The notes beneath the pieces were generated by a model, which saw only the letters and a list, made by a program, of their open reading frames with translations, did no database searches and was not told where the DNA came from. Below are positions 59,541-64,000 of a stretch of DNA of 64,000 bases, piece by piece. Numbering within the stretch: the stretch's first letter is position 1; every line of letters starts with the position of its first letter. A program made the position numbers and the translations under genes. This DNA comes from Desulfobacterales bacterium (GTDB taxonomy: Bacteria; Desulfobacterota; Desulfobacteria; Desulfobacterales; UBA5616), in contig JAWODC010000018.1 in the NCBI GenBank assembly GCA_046483495.1, positions 35,846 to 99,845 of the forward strand, given 5' to 3'.

Positions 59541-61694
59541 ATGAGAGAAGAACAGACCGGAAACCGGGACAAAATTGTCCACACGGTATGCAACAGTCAT
59601 TGCGGAGGAACCTGCGATTTTCACGTGCACGTCAGGGATGGAAGAATTGTTCGCATCGAGTCGGTTCCTGATGAGGAGGGGCGCCCCAGCATGTGCCTGC
59701 GGGGTCATGCGTATCGCCAACGGGTCTATTCTTCCGATAGGCTTCTTTATCCCCTGAAAAGAACCGGGGAAAGAGGCGAGGGGAAATTCGCCCGAATTTC
59801 CTGGGACGAGGCCCTGGAAACCGTTGCCGGTGAGATGAAACGAATCAAAGCCGCCTACGGCAATGCTTCTTTCCTCCATTTCTGCTCCATGTGCGATCCC
59901 CACATGCTCCATCATGTGTTGGCTTTTCACAGCCTGCTCTGCCAATTCGGCGGATATACCGCCCCCTGGGGCTATATCTCATGTGAAGGATATGCATTCG
60001 CCGAAGGCGTCACGTTTGGAAAATCCAGCAAATTGAGATATACCGGCCACACACCTGAAGAATATCGCGAGGCCGAACTGATCATCATGTGGGGCTGGAA
60101 CCCGGTGACCACGGAAATGGGGTCGAACATGCCCTTGTCCCTGGCTCAGGCCAAGGAAAGAGGAGCCAGAATCATTGCCGTCGATCCCCGGTACACGGAT
60201 TCGGCGGCCGCGTTCTCCGATGAATGGATTCCCATAAGACCGGGCACGGATGCCGCTGTGATGCTGGCCATGGCTTACGTAATCATCAGTGAAAATTTGG
60301 AGGACCGGGACTTCATCGAAAGCTGGACATCCGGGTTCGATGCATTTAAAGCCTATGTGTTCGGCACAGAAGACGGTGTGTATAAAACACCCCAATGGGC
60401 CGAGGCCGTCAGCGGGGTTCAGGCAAAAACGATCGCCGAATTGGCCCGGGAATATGCCACTGCAAAGCCTGCCGTTCTTGGCAACAGTTTTGGACCGGGA
60501 CGCAGCGCTTATGGTGAAGCGTATCACCGGACAGCGGCCGCATTGGAAGCGATCACGGGTAACCTGAGTCTGGAGCATTATACGCCGTCGGTGAAAGATT
60601 TTCGGTTTGTTCCCCCATTCCCCTTCAAGCCGAATGAAGTCGAGGAGGGGGTGCCTCCGCGCTGGAATGCACTACCCTCGCGAGGACCGAGCGTGAACTC
60701 CAGCGCCCGCGTAAACGTCAGCTCCTTTGCGGATGCTATCCTTAAAGGGCGTGCAGGCGGTTATCCGGCGGATTATAAATTCCTGTGGCTGTCCAACAAC
60801 AACTACTTGAATCAGCTTGGCGACATTAACAAGGCCGTTTATGCGTTCAAAAAGCTCGAGTTTGTCCTGGTCACGGAGCAGTTCATGACGGCAACCGCCG
60901 GATTCGCGGATATCGTTTTGCCTGTGTGCACTTTTCTGGAGCGGTGCGACATCATGCCTCCCATGGACGTTTTCAGTACAAGGCGCCGGAATTTCACAGT
61001 TCTCAACAAAGCCATCGAACCGCTGGGTGAATCCAGATCCCAGTTGGAGATTTGTAAGGCACTGTCTTTGAAACTGGGCATTACCGATTACCCGAAAGAG
61101 TCGGATGAAGAACTGGTCAGGCAAATCGTAGAACAGGCGTCTGAAAGAAAGGACCTGAAGCAGGGACACAAAGAGCCTTCCAGTCCGAAGCAGCCGCAAC
61201 TGCGCACGCCTTCGGGGAAGGTTGAGTTATCGTCGGGCATTGCGGAGAAGATGAATCACCCCCAAATACCGGCCGTACCCAAGTACATCGAGACGTGGGA
61301 GAACCTGAACGACCCCCTGGCCGAAAGATATCCGCTGCAACTGATCAGCCCTCATTTCAAGCGGCGGGCCCACAGCCAGTTCGATAATCTGCCGTGGCTC
61401 CGTGAGCTGCAAGTCCAGGTAATCAGCATCAACTCCCGTGATGCCGAGGCCAGGGGAATAAAAGAGAGGGACATGGTCAGGGTTTATAACGATCGGGGAG
61501 AAATCCGCATTCCAGCCAAAGTAACCGAAAGGATCATGCCCGGCGTTGTCGCCCTGCCGCAGGGGGCTTGGTACACGCCGGATGAGAGTGGCATCGACCA
61601 CGGCGGCAGCGCCAATGTACTGACACGCAATATTACATCGCCGGGTGGCGCCTTTCCGTCTCACACGGCGTTGGTTCAAGTGGAAAAGGTATGA
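59541..61694 (+). CDS. Molybdopterin oxidoreductase catalytic subunit (DmsA-like), no Tat signal
   Basis: It has CNSHCGGTC...CLRG, DRLLYPLKR, ISWDEAL, WGWNP, PGTDAA, ADIVLP and RAHSQ. RBS GGAG precedes 59541. Confidence 0.9.
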   Translation: MREEQTGNRDKIVHTVCNSHCGGTCDFHVHVRDGRIVRIESVPDEEGRPSMCLRGHAYRQRVYSSDRLLYPLKRTGERGEGKFARISWDEALETVAGEMKRIKAAYGNASFLHFCSMCDPHMLHHVLAFHSLLCQFGGYTAPWGYISCEGYAFAEGVTFGKSSKLRYTGHTPEEYREAELIIMWGWNPVTTEMGSNMPLSLAQAKERGARIIAVDPRYTDSAAAFSDEWIPIRPGTDAAVMLAMAYVIISENLEDRDFIESWTSGFDAFKAYVFGTEDGVYKTPQWAEAVSGVQAKTIAELAREYATAKPAVLGNSFGPGRSAYGEAYHRTAAALEAITGNLSLEHYTPSVKDFRFVPPFPFKPNEVEEGVPPRWNALPSRGPSVNSSARVNVSSFADAILKGRAGGYPADYKFLWLSNNNYLNQLGDINKAVYAFKKLEFVLVTEQFMTATAGFADIVLPVCTFLERCDIMPPMDVFSTRRRNFTVLNKAIEPLGESRSQLEICKALSLKLGITDYPKESDEELVRQIVEQASERKDLKQGHKEPSSPKQPQLRTPSGKVELSSGIAEKMNHPQIPAVPKYIETWENLNDPLAERYPLQLISPHFKRRAHSQFDNLPWLRELQVQVISINSRDAEARGIKERDMVRVYNDRGEIRIPAKVTERIMPGVVALPQGAWYTPDESGIDHGGSANVLTRNITSPGGAFPSHTALVQVEKV

Positions 61695-62305
61695 TTATGC
61701 AACTGGGTATGTATATTGATCAGAATCGATGTACAGGCTGTTTTGCCTGTGTCGTCGCATGCAAGGATTGGCACGATGTGCCGGCCGGACCGGCGGGTTG
61801 GTTGCGATTGAAAACGATCGAAAAGGGCGTGTACCCGAACCTGTTCGTCGCTTTTCTGCCTGTCACATGTTTTCACTGTGAGAACCCCGCCTGCGTTTCG
61901 GCGTGTCCGGTGGAGGCGATTTCAAAACGGGATGGTGACGGTGTCGTACGGGTGGACAGGGAGGCATGCCTGGGCAAGGACGCCTGCGGCATGTGCCTCG
62001 ACGCCTGCCCTTACGATGCGCCGCAGTTTGGGGCTGAAGAGGATGCGAAGATGCAGAAGTGCGACTTGTGTGCCGACCGGTGGGAGGAAGGCAGAAAGCC
62101 GGTTTGCGTGAGCAGCTGCCCCATGCAGGCGTTGGACATGGGTCCCATAGATGAGCTCAGAAAGAAGTACGGCGATGTCAGGAATACGGAAGGGTTTGAC
62201 TACTCGGATTCGATTTGCCCTTCCGTTACGTTCAAACCCAAAAAGGACGACCGAAATCGCTCCGTACGAAAAATTGAAGTTGCGCCCCATCACGATGAGC
62301 GGTGA
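61691..62305 (+). CDS. 4x[4Fe-4S] electron-transfer subunit (DmsB-like)
   Basis: It has CTGCFACVVACK, CFHCENPACVSACP, C....CGMCLDACPY and KCDLC...CVSSCP. It has an ATGA overlap with the catalytic subunit. Confidence 0.93.
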   Translation: MIMQLGMYIDQNRCTGCFACVVACKDWHDVPAGPAGWLRLKTIEKGVYPNLFVAFLPVTCFHCENPACVSACPVEAISKRDGDGVVRVDREACLGKDACGMCLDACPYDAPQFGAEEDAKMQKCDLCADRWEEGRKPVCVSSCPMQALDMGPIDELRKKYGDVRNTEGFDYSDSICPSVTFKPKKDDRNRSVRKIEVAPHHDER

Positions 62306-62444
62306 TCGGCGTTCACCTTCTTAAAGGGCGAACGGCCGAGGGGTTGACGTCGGCTGTTTATGAATTGGCAAAAGGCCTTCAAAACAGGGCGTTGGACATT
62401 TCGCCCCGGGTGCGATTTTACATGCCGAAATGATGCATCGAAGC

Positions 62445-62479
62445 AAAAAAACCGGCTCCATGGCTTCATGGAACCGGTT
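62445..62479 (-). terminator. Intrinsic terminator after the VWA lipoprotein gene
   Basis: The minus strand reads AACCGGTTCCATG-AAGC-CATGGAGCCGGTT followed by a T-run. Confidence 0.7.
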
Positions 62480-62504
62480 GTGTAAAACGTCTGCTGAAAG
62501 GATA

Positions 62505-63842
62505 TTATGGGGGGCAGGAATCATAGGTCATTGGATTCGATGTATCGCCGATTACACCCGTTTGAGGCACATCATCCGGGACCCTTACGGTGACCGTCAC
62601 ATCTCCCGACCCGCCGGCCTCGCGCGAACTATAGGATAAGACATACTGGTTGTTCAGGAGTTGTGAGAGTTGTAAGTAAATCGTGCCCAGGTAGTCGGAA
62701 CTGGGGGCGTCATAAAATTGGCCGCCGGTGGCATCCGCAATATTCTGGAGCACGGCGGTATTCGCATCGCCAACACCGACGGTAAATACCGGCACCCCTT
62801 CGGCCTGGGCGAGTGCGATGACGCTTTGCTCGGTCTGTGTGGACATCGGTTCGCCGGTCCCATCATCGTCGGTTCCGTCTGTCAAAACAATCACGGCACG
62901 CCTGTGGGTGGTTTGAAGAGCAGCGTCCTGTATGCCTTTGTATATGGCATCATAAAGGGCTGTATGTGTGCCGACATTCGGATACGTCTCGATTGCCGAT
63001 ATCAACGCAGGCTTGTCGGTCGTAAACTCCTGAACCACCGCAACCAAAGTGGCAAATTTGATGATTTCCGCCTGATCGGATGACTCCATCTGGTCTACAA
63101 ACGAAACGGCTGCATCTTCCATGGCGTCAACCAGCGTTTGATCGAAGGTTACGCTGTTGCTGACGTCCATCAGGATGGCTGCAGACATCGATAAAGACGC
63201 CTGACTTGCAAAATTGACCGAGTCGGGTGAAAATTCCACGCCGTTATTTTCACTGATCAAAAAATTTGAGGCACTATTTTCTAGACCGGTTACTACGTAA
63301 CCATTTTGATCGGTTACCGATACGTATGCCGTTATGTCAGGGCAAAAGGCCCTGTCGATCTGATTCAAATTGACCGACAATTGATTTACTGCGGTACAGG
63401 TTCCGGTCAGGGTCACCGTTGAAGTGGATGCCTCGGGTGCATCACCGATGGTATAGTGAACCGTTACGGTTTCGCTGTAGTTTCCGGTTTCGGTCGGGAA
63501 AAAGGCAATGTTCTGGGTGCAGCAGCTTCCCGGAACCAGGGTAAACGGCGGTGAACTGCAGGGTTCGTCGGAACTCATGTCGAGGTAAAAGTCGACGGTA
63601 TCTGAAAGCGTTATTTCCGTAATGGTTACCTCTGCTTCGCCGGTGCAGCATATTCTCATTGCAAAGGGTGCCGGGCTGCTGCCAATCGTGACATTTCCAA
63701 AATCATAGGTTCCCCCTGCTTTGGAAATGGTGATCGGACCCGGATTGTGATGACCTCCGCCGCCCCCGCCGCCGCATCCGATAAGGCACAACACGGTTAT
63801 AAGAAAAAAGCTGCACAGTAGAACGATTACTCTGATCTTCAT
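62505..63842 (-). CDS. Lipoprotein with Ig-like and von Willebrand factor A domains
   Basis: It has the lipobox LIGC, a Gly8 linker, an Ig-like domain (DFGNVTIG), MIDAS DVSNS, TALYDAI, VLTDG and IADATGG. Confidence 0.88.
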   Translation of the reverse strand: MKIRVIVLLCSFFLITVLCLIGCGGGGGGGHHNPGPITISKAGGTYDFGNVTIGSSPAPFAMRICCTGEAEVTITEITLSDTVDFYLDMSSDEPCSSPPFTLVPGSCCTQNIAFFPTETGNYSETVTVHYTIGDAPEASTSTVTLTGTCTAVNQLSVNLNQIDRAFCPDITAYVSVTDQNGYVVTGLENSASNFLISENNGVEFSPDSVNFASQASLSMSAAILMDVSNSVTFDQTLVDAMEDAAVSFVDQMESSDQAEIIKFATLVAVVQEFTTDKPALISAIETYPNVGTHTALYDAIYKGIQDAALQTTHRRAVIVLTDGTDDDGTGEPMSTQTEQSVIALAQAEGVPVFTVGVGDANTAVLQNIADATGGQFYDAPSSDYLGTIYLQLSQLLNNQYVLSYSSREAGGSGDVTVTVRVPDDVPQTGVIGDTSNPMTYDSCPP

Positions 63843-64000
63843 ACATAACCCCCTGTGGTTCAATTGAAAAGAAAATCGAAAAGCCGCTATGCCGGGATAT
63901 CATGTTGCTCTGGTTCCGGGCAGTTAACGTGTACATTATCAAAAGTGGCGAAATATGAAGCACCCATTCACGATGGGTTTTTATCAGAATAAGTCAATCG

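Noticed and set aside
1..64000. tRNA, rRNA, prophage, integron, retron/RT or selenocysteine-recoded genes
   Set aside because: I saw no such signatures, and the redox genes read through without in-frame stops. A covariance-model scan would be needed to exclude small RNAs.

Overview
This 64-kb window looks like ordinary chromosome from an anaerobic bacterium. The gene content (split three-gene glutamate synthase, desulfoferrodoxin, aldehyde:ferredoxin oxidoreductase, AbfD, many acyl-CoA enzymes) suggests Desulfobacterota; that assignment is an inference. About 47 CDSs are supported, including carA-carB-purF, a polar amino acid ABC transporter, a vapBC module, a Pif1-like helicase and DmsAB-like genes. 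I saw no rRNA, tRNA, CRISPR array or prophage. The strongest leads are: (1) a c-type cytochrome fused to a probable outer-membrane beta-barrel, coupled to a five-heme cytochrome (55047-57818); (2) a RAYT-type HUH transposase bracketed by 14-bp perfect terminal inverted repeats (748-1825); (3) a sigma70 promoter, ANTAR-type twin-hairpin attenuator and downstream sigma54 promoter ahead of an operon joining three glutamine-consuming enzymes (GOGAT, CarAB, PurF); (4) a coupled AOR, class II aldolase, DUF2868-like, GTPase operon; (5) an MBL hydrolase-AbfD-enoyl-CoA hydratase cluster; (6) several intergenic palindromic elements and a duplicated 38-bp translation-start cassette. All family assignments come from motif recognition by eye; no database searches were run.
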